Made by a program: the position numbers and the translations under genes. Source: Firmicutes bacterium UBA6113 (GTDB lineage Bacteria > Bacillota > Clostridia > Tissierellales > Sedimentibacteraceae). Taken from it: a DNA stretch of 64,000 nucleotides. Of the stretch, positions 37,849 through 47,238 are shown piece by piece (the first letter of the stretch is position 1; every line of letters starts with the position of its first letter). The notes beneath the pieces are model-generated. The model was not told where the DNA came from, searched no databases, and saw only the letters and a list, made by a program, of their open reading frames with translations. The stretch spans positions 36,072 through 100,071 of the forward strand of contig DIWF01000024.1 in assembly GCA_002422545.1 (NCBI GenBank). Direction: 5' to 3'.

Positions 37849-39477
37849 TTGAGAAGATTAAACAAGCTATTATTATTACTTATTATTTTTACTGTATTCT
37901 CAGTTCAACCCGCCTTTGCCAAAACAGTGTATTATGATACCTATAATCACTGGGCAGAAAGCGAAATTGATTTTGCTTCCAACACCTTAAAAGTTTTTAA
38001 AGGCTACGGAGACTTTACCTTTAAGCCGGAAAACAACATAACCCGGGCCGAATTTATTACTATCCTGGCGAGAACAGCTTACAGGCAAAATCAAATGAAC
38101 GAAGTTTACACCAGCGACATGTCCTACAGCGATATGTCCAGCAAACATTGGTCTCATACATTTGTGATATCAATGTATGAACACCTGAAGGGAAACGGAA
38201 ATTTTTCTTTCAAAGATATTTTTCCGGGTACAGATTTTAATCCGGACAAAGCAATAACAAGGGAAGAATCAGCAGCCCTAATTGCAGCTTTTTGCAAGGA
38301 ATCTATTTATGACAATCCACTTGCTTTTAAAGATGTAACTTCAAGCAACAGATTTTACAACGAAATTAAAAGACTCAACAATGCAGGAATAGTTGTTGGA
38401 TATGAAGACAATACATTCCGCGGAAGCACTAATATTACAAGGGCAGAAGCTGCAGCTCTCATAAAAAGAGTTTATCTGGACATTAAAACAAGCGACTCAA
38501 GCAAATATTTGACTAAACTGGAATTTATGCCTATTAAGGGCGAAGACATGTATTCTTATTTTGGCACTTATAACTTAAATACTACAGACACAAATGACAA
38601 AAAATTCATAAAAGCCAAGGACACATTGGAATATGTTTCATTTGGCGGATACATTTTTCCAGAGGATTCACACCTTTATGATTTGAATGCGGTTGAAACT
38701 ATGGCGACGCTGCGTTCAAGCGGTTACTACAATGTGGCCGGAACAAATTTTTACATGATTACTTTCGGAAGCTACACTGAATCCGAGAAAACTCAGTTTG
38801 CCAATGAAATTTTAACGAACATCATTGCAAGGAATGACTTCAAGGACTCAGAGCTTATGCAGGTTTTCGCAGCGGTGAGCAAGTACGACGTAAAAGAATC
38901 CCTGTACATGGGAGCATTGGAAAAATGGGACAGCATTACTACCAGCAATAATGCCAAAGCAAATATTTTATTTTACAGATATGCTTATTACATTAAAAAC
39001 AACAACAAATCAATGCTTCAAACCCTGGTTTATGACGACTTAACAAAAGCAAATGACATACCTTCTCTTTTGGACATTAATTGGGGACTTACAGCAGGAG
39101 CAGCGTCAGTAGACTTTAGGAACTACAGCTTTGGAAATTACAGTTTTTCACTTTACAAGGACACAACATATTACAGATATTCATTAAATCCGGTTGCGCC
39201 TGTCACTTACAATTCAAAAATTGTTGAACTGGTAAACCTGCTGCTTATTGAAAAAAGCATCAAGCCTTCAACAGCAAGCCTTGCGGATTATCAGAGTATC
39301 TTCAGCAAATATTCTCTGAACAGGCTGTATGTGCTTAACTTCATTGGCGAAAAGGAAAGAGCTTTTGTAGAAGGAATAAATGATTATGAAATAATCAAGA
39401 CATTTGATCTATACAAAACAGCCAAATCTTCCATCGACGACACGTACACGGGAATCTTAAAAAAAGTAAAAGAATAA
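37849..39477 (+). CDS. SLH-domain surface protein with uncharacterised C-terminal region
   Basis: Signal peptide (...QPAFA); SLH motifs HWAE...FKPENNITRAEF, FNPDKAITREE and GYEDNTFRGSTNITRAEA; TTG start. Confidence 0.85.
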   Translation: MRRLNKLLLLLIIFTVFSVQPAFAKTVYYDTYNHWAESEIDFASNTLKVFKGYGDFTFKPENNITRAEFITILARTAYRQNQMNEVYTSDMSYSDMSSKHWSHTFVISMYEHLKGNGNFSFKDIFPGTDFNPDKAITREESAALIAAFCKESIYDNPLAFKDVTSSNRFYNEIKRLNNAGIVVGYEDNTFRGSTNITRAEAAALIKRVYLDIKTSDSSKYLTKLEFMPIKGEDMYSYFGTYNLNTTDTNDKKFIKAKDTLEYVSFGGYIFPEDSHLYDLNAVETMATLRSSGYYNVAGTNFYMITFGSYTESEKTQFANEILTNIIARNDFKDSELMQVFAAVSKYDVKESLYMGALEKWDSITTSNNAKANILFYRYAYYIKNNNKSMLQTLVYDDLTKANDIPSLLDINWGLTAGAASVDFRNYSFGNYSFSLYKDTTYYRYSLNPVAPVTYNSKIVELVNLLLIEKSIKPSTASLADYQSIFSKYSLNRLYVLNFIGEKERAFVEGINDYEIIKTFDLYKTAKSSIDDTYTGILKKVKE

Positions 39478-39480
39478 CAC

Positions 39481-39506
39481 AAAAGGACGGATAATTCCGC
39501 CCTTTT
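39481..39506 (+). terminator. Intrinsic terminator
   Basis: AAAAGGACGGA-TAAT-TCCGCCCTTTT. Confidence 0.65.
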
Positions 39507-39520
39507 ATTATGCTCATACA

Positions 39521-39790
39521 CGGGCGGACACAAGGTCCGCCCCTACAAATCAATAAATTGATATCTTGCCATGAATTTGAAATCACCGGTTGTAGGGGAG
39601 AACCTCGTGTTCTCCCGTAGATAGATGTTATTGAATCAACAACACATGCTTACACAAGATCCGCCAGTACAAATCGATAAATTGATATCTTGCCATGAAT
39701 TTGAAATCACGGGTTGTAGGGGAGGACCTCGTGTCCTCCCGAAGTTATTATTGAATCAACAACACGGGCGGATACAAGATCCGCCCCTAC
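39521..39790. repeat. BIME-like tandem array of five alternating REPs (B, A, degenerate B, A, B), period about 120-124 nt
   Basis: REPs at 39521, 39592, about 39645, 39716 and 39765, separated by alternating near-identical long (about 45 nt) and short (23-27 nt) linkers. Confidence 0.92.
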
Positions 39791-39830
39791 AGTTTTGAAA
39801 ATTCAATACTTTGATGGCGAATGCGCCCTT

Positions 39831-41051
39831 TTATTTTGTGTATAGATTCACTATTTCCTTTAGCATTTCAACTACTTTTTCCATTGACTGAACAGGTATG
39901 TATTCGTATCTTCCATGGTAATTGTGACCTCCTGTGCAAAGGTTAGGACAAGGAAGTCCCATGTATGAAAGTCTTGCACCGTCTGTGCCTCCTCTTATGG
40001 GCACTATTTCAGGCTCTATTCCAATGTTAATCAGTGCCTGTTTTGCAGTTTCTATTATGTGCATGTGCGGAAGTATTTTTTCCTTCATGTTGTAGTATGA
40101 ATCCTTAAGCTCCACAATCACTGTGCCTTCACCGTACTTGCTGTTTAAAAAATCGGAAGTCTTCAAAAATCTATTTTTCTTAGCTTCAAATTTTTCCTTG
40201 CTGTGATCCCTGATTATGTAGTTAAGATGTGTTTTTTCCACATCTCCGCTCATGTCGTTTAAGTGGCTGAAGCCTTCATAATTTTCAGTGCTGTCTGGTC
40301 TTTCGTGAACAGGAAGCATATTTTGAAATTCCATTCCTATCAATATGGAATTTTTCATTTTGTTTTTTGCAGATCCAGGATGGATGTTTACTCCGTTGAT
40401 TGTTACCTTAGCACTTGCTGCATTGAAGTTTTCATATTCAATTTCCCCAAGCTCTCCTCCATCAACCGTGTATGCAAAGTCTGCTCCGAATCCTTTTACA
40501 TCGAACATGTCTGCCCCGCTTCCAACTTCCTCGTCAGGTGTAAAGGCAATCTTAATAGTTCCGTGTTCAACATCATGATTGGAGACAAAATATTCAGCCA
40601 TGGACAATATTTCAGCAATTCCAGCCTTGTTGTCTGCTCCCAAAAGTGTTGTGCCGTCTGTAACTATAAGGTCATTTCCCACATATTTTAATAAATGGTC
40701 AAACATATCAGTCTTCATTGTTATGTCTTTTTCTGCATTGAGAACAATGTCACTGCCATCATAATTTTCTATGATACGTGCTTTAATGTCATTGCCGGGC
40801 ATGTCAGGGGACGTGTCCATGTGTGCGATAAATCCTATAACAGGTGTCTCTTTGTCTGTGTTTTTTTCAAGAGTGCCATAAACATAGCAGTGTTCATCCA
40901 TGAATGCATCCTTGATTCCCAGAGATTTCATTTCCTCCACCAGGTACTGTCCAAGTTTTTTTTGTTTCTCGCTGCTTGGAATTATTTCAACGTCCGGAAC
41001 TGATTGAGTGTCAAATTTGACATAATTTAAAAATCTTTCGTGTACTTTCAT
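39831..41051 (-). CDS. pepT: Peptidase T (tripeptide aminopeptidase)
   Basis: [40 protein letters not shown] and GGHNYHG. Confidence 0.95.
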   Translation of the reverse strand: MKVHERFLNYVKFDTQSVPDVEIIPSSEKQKKLGQYLVEEMKSLGIKDAFMDEHCYVYGTLEKNTDKETPVIGFIAHMDTSPDMPGNDIKARIIENYDGSDIVLNAEKDITMKTDMFDHLLKYVGNDLIVTDGTTLLGADNKAGIAEILSMAEYFVSNHDVEHGTIKIAFTPDEEVGSGADMFDVKGFGADFAYTVDGGELGEIEYENFNAASAKVTINGVNIHPGSAKNKMKNSILIGMEFQNMLPVHERPDSTENYEGFSHLNDMSGDVEKTHLNYIIRDHSKEKFEAKKNRFLKTSDFLNSKYGEGTVIVELKDSYYNMKEKILPHMHIIETAKQALINIGIEPEIVPIRGGTDGARLSYMGLPCPNLCTGGHNYHGRYEYIPVQSMEKVVEMLKEIVNLYTK

Positions 41052-41260
41052 TTTATATCCCTTCTATTCCTTCTATGAAAATTTCAGTTGCTATAATTTA
41101 TTATAGCACTGCTAAAGTTTGTTAGCAAGATTACTGATTGGTAAATATTCTAATTTTGCATATATTTGTTATTCACATTTGACTATCATTTATATCATTC
41201 ATATCATTCGTTTTAATGTGTCTATAAGCTTAATTCGTCAATGCCGAACCAAATTTACAA

Positions 41261-41289
41261 TTGAAGTTGCAGTCATTTTATTATATAAT
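41261..41289 (+). promoter_or_regulatory. sigmaA promoter (LUD-domain gene)
   Basis: TTGAAG-17 nt-TATAAT. Confidence 0.6.
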
Positions 41290-41318
41290 AAAATGACTAT
41301 ATCATAAGGAGGAATAAT

Positions 41319-41954
41319 ATGGATTTTCTAAAGGAATCATATAAAGTTAAAAGTGACACAATTATAAAAAATCTTCAAAAAAGAGGCATGGAAGGTTACT
41401 ACGTTGACACAAGGGAAGAAGCTATAGAAAAAGCAATGTCAATGATAGATCAGAATGATGTGGTTTCATGGGGAGGTTCATACACCATTGACGAACTTGG
41501 CATCAAAAAACTGCTTGAAGAAAAACAAATTTCAGTAATAGACAGAGACAAGGCAAAATCACCTGAAGAAAGAGTACGACTCATGAAACAGGCTCTCACA
41601 GCAGATGTGTTTTTAACAAGCACAAATGCCATAACAATGAACGGAGAACTCTTGAACATTGACGGCAACGGAAACAGACTGGCTGCTTTCTGCTACGGTC
41701 CTGACAGCGTGATTGTAATTGCAGGAATGAACAAAGTTGCTACAGACATAGATACAGCAATGAAAAGAGCAAGAGCAGAAGCAACTATTCCAAACACTTT
41801 CAGAACGAATTCAAACACACCGTGCCGCATTACAGGAAAATGTTCAGAATGCACAATGCCTGACACCCTTTGCGGACAAATTCTTGTTACAAGATACTGC
41901 AGACCTAATAACAAAATAAAGGTTATTTTGGTTGGAGAAAATTTAGGATTCTAA
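41319..41954 (+). CDS. LUD-domain (lactate utilization, YkgG-like) protein
   Basis: GGSYT, STNAITMNGELLNIDGNGNR, VIAGMNK, PC...GKC..C...C and VILVGENLGF. Confidence 0.85.
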   Translation: MDFLKESYKVKSDTIIKNLQKRGMEGYYVDTREEAIEKAMSMIDQNDVVSWGGSYTIDELGIKKLLEEKQISVIDRDKAKSPEERVRLMKQALTADVFLTSTNAITMNGELLNIDGNGNRLAAFCYGPDSVIVIAGMNKVATDIDTAMKRARAEATIPNTFRTNSNTPCRITGKCSECTMPDTLCGQILVTRYCRPNNKIKVILVGENLGF

Positions 41955-42031
41955 TAATTTTATAACTTGACAATTAAAACAGAGCGCATATTGAGCTCTC
42001 AGACTATTGACAAACCTAATTTCCACAAATC

Positions 42032-42231
42032 GTAGGGGCGGATCTTGTATCCGCCCGTGTTACTAGTTCAATAACTTATGTTATCTTCGGGAGGACACGA
42101 GGTCCTCCCCTACAACCTGTTATTCTAAATCATCGTAAAATGTCAATTTATCGATTCGTAGGGGCTTGTATCCGCCCGTGTTATTAATTCAATAATTCTG
42201 GTACCTTCGGGAGGGCAGTAACCCTCCCTAC
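42032..42231. repeat. BIME-like array of four alternating REPs (B, A, deleted B, degenerate A)
   Basis: REPs at 42032, 42088, 42158 and 42208. The linkers are reverse-complement homologues of those at 39521-39790. Confidence 0.9.
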
Positions 42232-42265
42232 ATTTATATAACGCAATTGTTATAAAGGAGAAAAA

Positions 42266-43390
42266 ATGAAAATAATCCATACATCTGACTGGCATCTTGG
42301 AATAAGCCTTCACAATGCATCATTAGCTGAGGAACAGAGATACTTCATCGATTACCTCATAAATGTTGTAAAGGAACAAAAAGTAGATGCGGTTATAATT
42401 GCAGGCGATGTTTTTGACCACTCGGTTTCCAGTGCTGAAGCTATAACCTTATACAATTATGCCGTAACCAAGCTGTGCAATGAAATAGGAGTTCCCGTAG
42501 TAATTGCAGCTGGAAACCACGACGGAGCAGCACGCCTTGCTTCATGCAACGAATTGTTAAAAAAAGCAGGACTTTATATATACGGGAAACTTACAGGTGA
42601 AATTAATGCTGTTGAAATAGGAAATTTGAGCATTTATCCCATCCCCTACTTCAATGCTGATGAAGTAAAAGCATTGTATCCCGAAGAAAAAATATCAAGC
42701 TATGCAGATGCTATGGAAATCGTGCTTAAAAATGTAAAACAAAACTTAAAGACAGGAAACAGCAACATCCTCATGTGCCATTGTTTCGTAAGTGGCTCTG
42801 TATTGTCTGAAAGCGACAGAACCGCCCTGGTTGGAGGATCATCTGTTGTTCCTTCGGGAATATTTGACGGATTTGATTATGTTGCCATGGGACACCTCCA
42901 CAAGGCTCAGGACAGGGGCTATAACATAAGATACAGCGGCTCCCCCATCAAGTATTCGTTCAGTGAAGCAAGCCACTCAAAGACTATTACAATGCTTCAC
43001 ATTGAAGATGGCATAAAATATGAAGAGCTTGAAATTGTGCCTCTCAGAGAAACAAGAATCATACGGGGAACTTTTGACGAAGTCCTTGAATTTGCTAATC
43101 TCGATATGAAAAGGGACGATTACATTAAAATTGAAATCACTGACATGTACGCAGGCATGGAAGCAGTTGAGCTTTTCAGGACATACTATGCAAATCTTCT
43201 GAACATCACAGGAAAAATGAATGAAACAGAAGAAAATCAGCTCACTGTGGAAGAACTTTACACCCTTTCTCCCAACGATATACTGGAGAAATTCTACAGA
43301 GAAACAACAGGATGCGATGTGACAGAAGAACAATTAAAATTGTTCCAACAAGCAATGGAAGCATTAAGCTGTCAGGAGGTTTTGCAATGA
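42266..43390 (+). CDS. sbcD: SbcD nuclease subunit
   Basis: HTSDWHLG, AGDVFD, AGNHD, MGHLH and YSGSPIKYSFSE. Confidence 0.95.
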   Translation: MKIIHTSDWHLGISLHNASLAEEQRYFIDYLINVVKEQKVDAVIIAGDVFDHSVSSAEAITLYNYAVTKLCNEIGVPVVIAAGNHDGAARLASCNELLKKAGLYIYGKLTGEINAVEIGNLSIYPIPYFNADEVKALYPEEKISSYADAMEIVLKNVKQNLKTGNSNILMCHCFVSGSVLSESDRTALVGGSSVVPSGIFDGFDYVAMGHLHKAQDRGYNIRYSGSPIKYSFSEASHSKTITMLHIEDGIKYEELEIVPLRETRIIRGTFDEVLEFANLDMKRDDYIKIEITDMYAGMEAVELFRTYYANLLNITGKMNETEENQLTVEELYTLSPNDILEKFYRETTGCDVTEEQLKLFQQAMEALSCQEVLQ

Positions 43391-46300
43391 TACCTTTGAA
43401 ATTGTCATTTCAGGCCTTCGGCCCATATGTTAAAAAACAAGAAATAGATTTCTGTAAATTTGAAAATTCAGGCGTTTTTCTCATTCACGGCATAACAGGC
43501 TCAGGGAAAACGACCATACTTGATGCAATGACTTACGCCCTTTATGGCAAATCAAGCGGCGGACAACGAGGTGATATTACAGCCATGCGCTGCCAGCTTT
43601 GCAAGGAGGAAATCCCCACGGAAGTTGAATTCATCTTCAAGGTTAATGAAAAAACATATAAATTTACAAGAAGTTTAAATATAAGGACTAAACGAAACGG
43701 CACAAAGGAATATACCTCAGCACAAAATGCCATGTTTCTTGACAAAGGCGGAGTATTTGTTCCGTTTTTTGAAAATCCCAAAATAAAAGACGTTGAGCAA
43801 AAATCATGTGAGATTATAGGCCTTAATCACGAGCAGTTCATACAGGTTATAATGCTTCCTCAGGGAAAGTTTGAAAAGCTTCTTGTTGCCAAGTCTGAAG
43901 AAAAGGAAGAAATACTTGTTACGTTGTTCAATGCAGAAAAATGGCAGGAAGCAGCAGAATGGATCTGCAATGAAGCCAGAAACATAAGCCGTGATGTGAC
44001 AGTTAAAAGAGAAAATATCAATATGATTCTGAAATCAGAAAACGCCGGAACCGTTGAAGATTTGGGCAATCAGATATCTGAGCTTAAAGTTAACATTGAA
44101 ATTACTTCCGGTGAGAAAAAAGCCACTGCACAACTCCTTGCGACAGAAAAAACAAAGCTTGAAATTCACACGGACCTTTTCAACTTGTTTGAGGAAAAAA
44201 CACGGACTGAAAATGAACTCAAAGCAATCAAGGAACAGGAAAACAACATTGGCATTCTATCAGCAAAACTTGATAAAGGAAGGAAATCCCAAAGCATTGA
44301 GCAAAAATACTTAAATGCACTAAGTCTCCATGGCCAGTTTAATGAAGCAAGACAAAGACTGGAAACTGAGAAGAAGAACAATACTGAGTGCATCCTCTCA
44401 AGGGAAAATGTACAAAAATCTCTTGATGAACTTAAAAAAAGAGAAAGCGAAATTGAGAAGCTGAAGGAAAATAAAATCATTGCCGAAGGACTCATTGATG
44501 TATACAACCAAATTTCAAGCGCCAGAACATCATCTGAAAATGAAATCAACAAGTATGACCGACTTAAAGCTGACGAAACTTTAAATCAGGAACAACTTGC
44601 TTTTGCAAAGGACAAGCTGAAGAAATATTCCGACAAAAAGGATTTCATCTTCAAAAATTTTAACATGAAACTGCCGGAACTCAGGGAAAAGGCAGAAAAA
44701 TTCGTTCTCCTTGACAAGAAAACACTGGAACTTAACATTACAGGACTAGAAATAAAAAAAGCAGAAAATGCAATAAACATGCTCAAAAAAGATCTGGAAA
44801 AAAACAAAAAGACCTTTACTTCCAAGATGAAAATGTATGAAGAGACATACAACAGGTACATTGAACAAACAGCATACATTATAAGCGAAAAACTTGAAGA
44901 CGGCAAACCCTGCCCAGTTTGCGGAAGCATCCATCATCCGGAAAAAGCATCAAAATCTACTGAGTATGTAGATTCTGCTCTTATTAAGGACATGCGCACT
45001 GCCTTGGATAAATTAAGCGAGGAGGCATCTGAACTTAACAACATTATTGCTCGTCAGGAAGCCGCTAAATCTTCAAAATCAGAAAAATACCAAAGTCTTG
45101 AAAATGAAATTGCAGAATTAAGTAAAAGCCTCGAAGGTTCTATAAAGGAAGACACATTGACAGAGTTAAAAACTGCTGAAGCAGAAGCAGGAAAATTAAA
45201 TGATTTGATGGATGCCATTGCCTCCACGTCATCAGAAATCACTAAGTTTGAAAACAAAATTTCACAGCTTAGCAATCAATTGTCTTCTCAAAGCAAATTA
45301 AAGGAAGAAGCATCTGCAAATTACACCTCCTTAAGCTTAAGAAAAATTGCCGGCATAAATGATGAAAAATCTCTGATAAATAGAATCAATATTTTAAAAA
45401 ATGAAATAAACAGGTATAATGATGAGATTTCAACACTAACAGATAAAAGCCTTTTTGCCGACAAAGCACTAAGCTCGTCAGATGCTTCCCTCTTGTTCCT
45501 TAAGGAAGATTTCGAAATAAAAACAAAGGATTACAACACAGCAAAGGAAGATTACCTGGAATTGCTAAAACAAAACGGCTTTGCAGACACACAGGAGTTT
45601 AAATCCTTCCTGACTGATCAAGATACATTGGATGAATTGGACAAAAAAATTCAGGATTACATCATTGAAAAAAAATCAGTTGCAAAAAATCTTGAAAGGC
45701 TTGAAAAACTTACAGAAAGCAAATCAAGGCCTGATATTGAAAATATGAAAAATAAGGTCAGCGAGCTGGAAAACAAAATTACACAGCTTGAAAAGCAATC
45801 AGCTCTTTTAAACGAACGAAGAAATAGACTGGAAACTTTAATCAAGCGTGTTTCAGCAGAACAGAAACTCCTGCAGGAACTCATACGCAAATATGACTCC
45901 TACTACAGCTTTGGAACAACTCTTCGCGGCGACAAAGGAATAAGCCTCAGGCGTTACGTCCTGGGAGTAATGCTTACCAGCGTAACGGTTGAAGCAAACC
46001 GCCTTTTGAAAAACGTCCACGGAGGTCGATACCAGCTTTGCAGAACTCTTGAAGGAAGCGGACGAACAAGAAAAGCAGGGCTTGAACTGGAAGTTTTTGA
46101 CGGTTATTCCGGAGAAAAAAGAGGTGTTGCCGGCTTGTCAGGAGGAGAGAAATTCCTTGTTTCACTTGCTTTGTCCCTGGGACTGTCTGCAGTTGTACAA
46201 GCACAATCCGGTGGAATAAAAATAGACACCATGTTTATTGACGAAGGATTCGGAAGCCTGGATTCCTCATCCATAGGAGATGCCATGAACATATTGGGAT

Positions 46301-46425
46301 CTGTAAAGGGATCCAAGAGACTTGTGGGAATCATATCCCACGTTCAGCTTTTAAAGGAAACAATAGAGTCGTCAATTACAGTTCAAAAAGACAGAAACGG
46401 CTCTACACTCTTAATTAATAGTTAA
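43387..46425 (+). CDS. sbcC: SbcC SMC-like ATPase subunit
   Basis: Walker A GITGSGKT, LPQGKFEKLL, zinc hook CPVCGS, signature LSGGE and Walker B FIDEGFGSLD. It starts with an ATGA overlap at the sbcD stop. Confidence 0.95.
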   Translation: MIPLKLSFQAFGPYVKKQEIDFCKFENSGVFLIHGITGSGKTTILDAMTYALYGKSSGGQRGDITAMRCQLCKEEIPTEVEFIFKVNEKTYKFTRSLNIRTKRNGTKEYTSAQNAMFLDKGGVFVPFFENPKIKDVEQKSCEIIGLNHEQFIQVIMLPQGKFEKLLVAKSEEKEEILVTLFNAEKWQEAAEWICNEARNISRDVTVKRENINMILKSENAGTVEDLGNQISELKVNIEITSGEKKATAQLLATEKTKLEIHTDLFNLFEEKTRTENELKAIKEQENNIGILSAKLDKGRKSQSIEQKYLNALSLHGQFNEARQRLETEKKNNTECILSRENVQKSLDELKKRESEIEKLKENKIIAEGLIDVYNQISSARTSSENEINKYDRLKADETLNQEQLAFAKDKLKKYSDKKDFIFKNFNMKLPELREKAEKFVLLDKKTLELNITGLEIKKAENAINMLKKDLEKNKKTFTSKMKMYEETYNRYIEQTAYIISEKLEDGKPCPVCGSIHHPEKASKSTEYVDSALIKDMRTALDKLSEEASELNNIIARQEAAKSSKSEKYQSLENEIAELSKSLEGSIKEDTLTELKTAEAEAGKLNDLMDAIASTSSEITKFENKISQLSNQLSSQSKLKEEASANYTSLSLRKIAGINDEKSLINRINILKNEINRYNDEISTLTDKSLFADKALSSSDASLLFLKEDFEIKTKDYNTAKEDYLELLKQNGFADTQEFKSFLTDQDTLDELDKKIQDYIIEKKSVAKNLERLEKLTESKSRPDIENMKNKVSELENKITQLEKQSALLNERRNRLETLIKRVSAEQKLLQELIRKYDSYYSFGTTLRGDKGISLRRYVLGVMLTSVTVEANRLLKNVHGGRYQLCRTLEGSGRTRKAGLELEVFDGYSGEKRGVAGLSGGEKFLVSLALSLGLSAVVQAQSGGIKIDTMFIDEGFGSLDSSSIGDAMNILGSVKGSKRLVGIISHVQLLKETIESSITVQKDRNGSTLLINS

Positions 46426-46432
46426 GAGCTAT

Positions 46433-46484
46433 GTAGGGGAGGACCTTGTGTCCTCCCGCGGGCGGGCACAAGACCCGCCCCTAC
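46433..46484. repeat. Back-to-back A/B REP doublet
   Basis: GTAGGGGAGGACCTTGTGTCCTCCCG directly followed by CGGGCGGGCACAAGACCCGCCCCTAC. Confidence 0.92.
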
Positions 46485-46507
46485 AATCAGCAGAATAAAC
46501 AATAATT

Positions 46508-46533
46508 AAGACGTGTCTGTTGACACGTCTTTT
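46508..46533. terminator. Bidirectional terminator
   Basis: Perfect AAGACGTGTC / GACACGTCTT stem between convergent genes. Confidence 0.75.
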
Positions 46534-46545
46534 CACATTTTATTC

Positions 46546-47067
46546 TTAATTGCTTCTATTAGGTTCTGGATATGTTTCTCCGAATGTGTCAACTGTAACC
46601 TGTTTAAGTTTAACTTCCTGTACAGGTCTGTCCATGCGGTCAGTCTTTGTTGCAGCAATTTTGTTTACAACATCCATGCCTTCGATTACTTTTCCAAATG
46701 CAGCATATTGTCCGTCGAGATGAGGAGATTTTTTATGCATTACGAAAAATTGTGAACCTGCTGAGTTAGGGTTCATTGATCTTGCCATTGAAAGAACTCC
46801 TGCGTCATGCTTAAGGTCGTTTTTAAAACCGTTGCCTGAAAATTCACCCTTTATACTATATCCAGGGCCTCCCATTCCGTTTCCGTTAGGGCATCCTCCC
46901 TGAATCATGAATCCTTCTATAACTCTGTGAAATATTTTTCCGTCATAAAATTTCTTGTTGATTAATGAAATAAAATTGTTAACAGTGACTGGAGCTATCT
47001 CAGGGTACAATTCAGCTTTTATCACATCGCCATTTTCAAATTCAAATGTAACTATTGGTAATTTCAT
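46546..47067 (-). CDS. Cyclophilin-type peptidyl-prolyl isomerase
   Basis: FYDGKIFHRVIEGFMIQGG, LSMAR, SAGSQFF and HLDGQYAAFG. Confidence 0.95.
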   Translation of the reverse strand: MKLPIVTFEFENGDVIKAELYPEIAPVTVNNFISLINKKFYDGKIFHRVIEGFMIQGGCPNGNGMGGPGYSIKGEFSGNGFKNDLKHDAGVLSMARSMNPNSAGSQFFVMHKKSPHLDGQYAAFGKVIEGMDVVNKIAATKTDRMDRPVQEVKLKQVTVDTFGETYPEPNRSN

Positions 47068-47238
47068 ATTTCCTCCATTATTGATATTATTTATTATACT
47101 TTACACTAACATCAAAAAAAATTCAATAAAAAACCAAAATACAAGAAATATTTTTAAGTTTGGATGGTTGTAACAACTATTGCCATTTAGAATATATTGA
47201 AGTAAAGCAACAGTAAAATATGAGGAGGTAATATAAGC

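Noticed and set aside
39521..39790. Regularly spaced palindromic repeats resembling a CRISPR array (also 28489-28705 and 42032-42231)
   Set aside because: The spacers are themselves repeated, the repeats alternate in orientation and type, and no cas genes are present. These are REP/BIME arrays.
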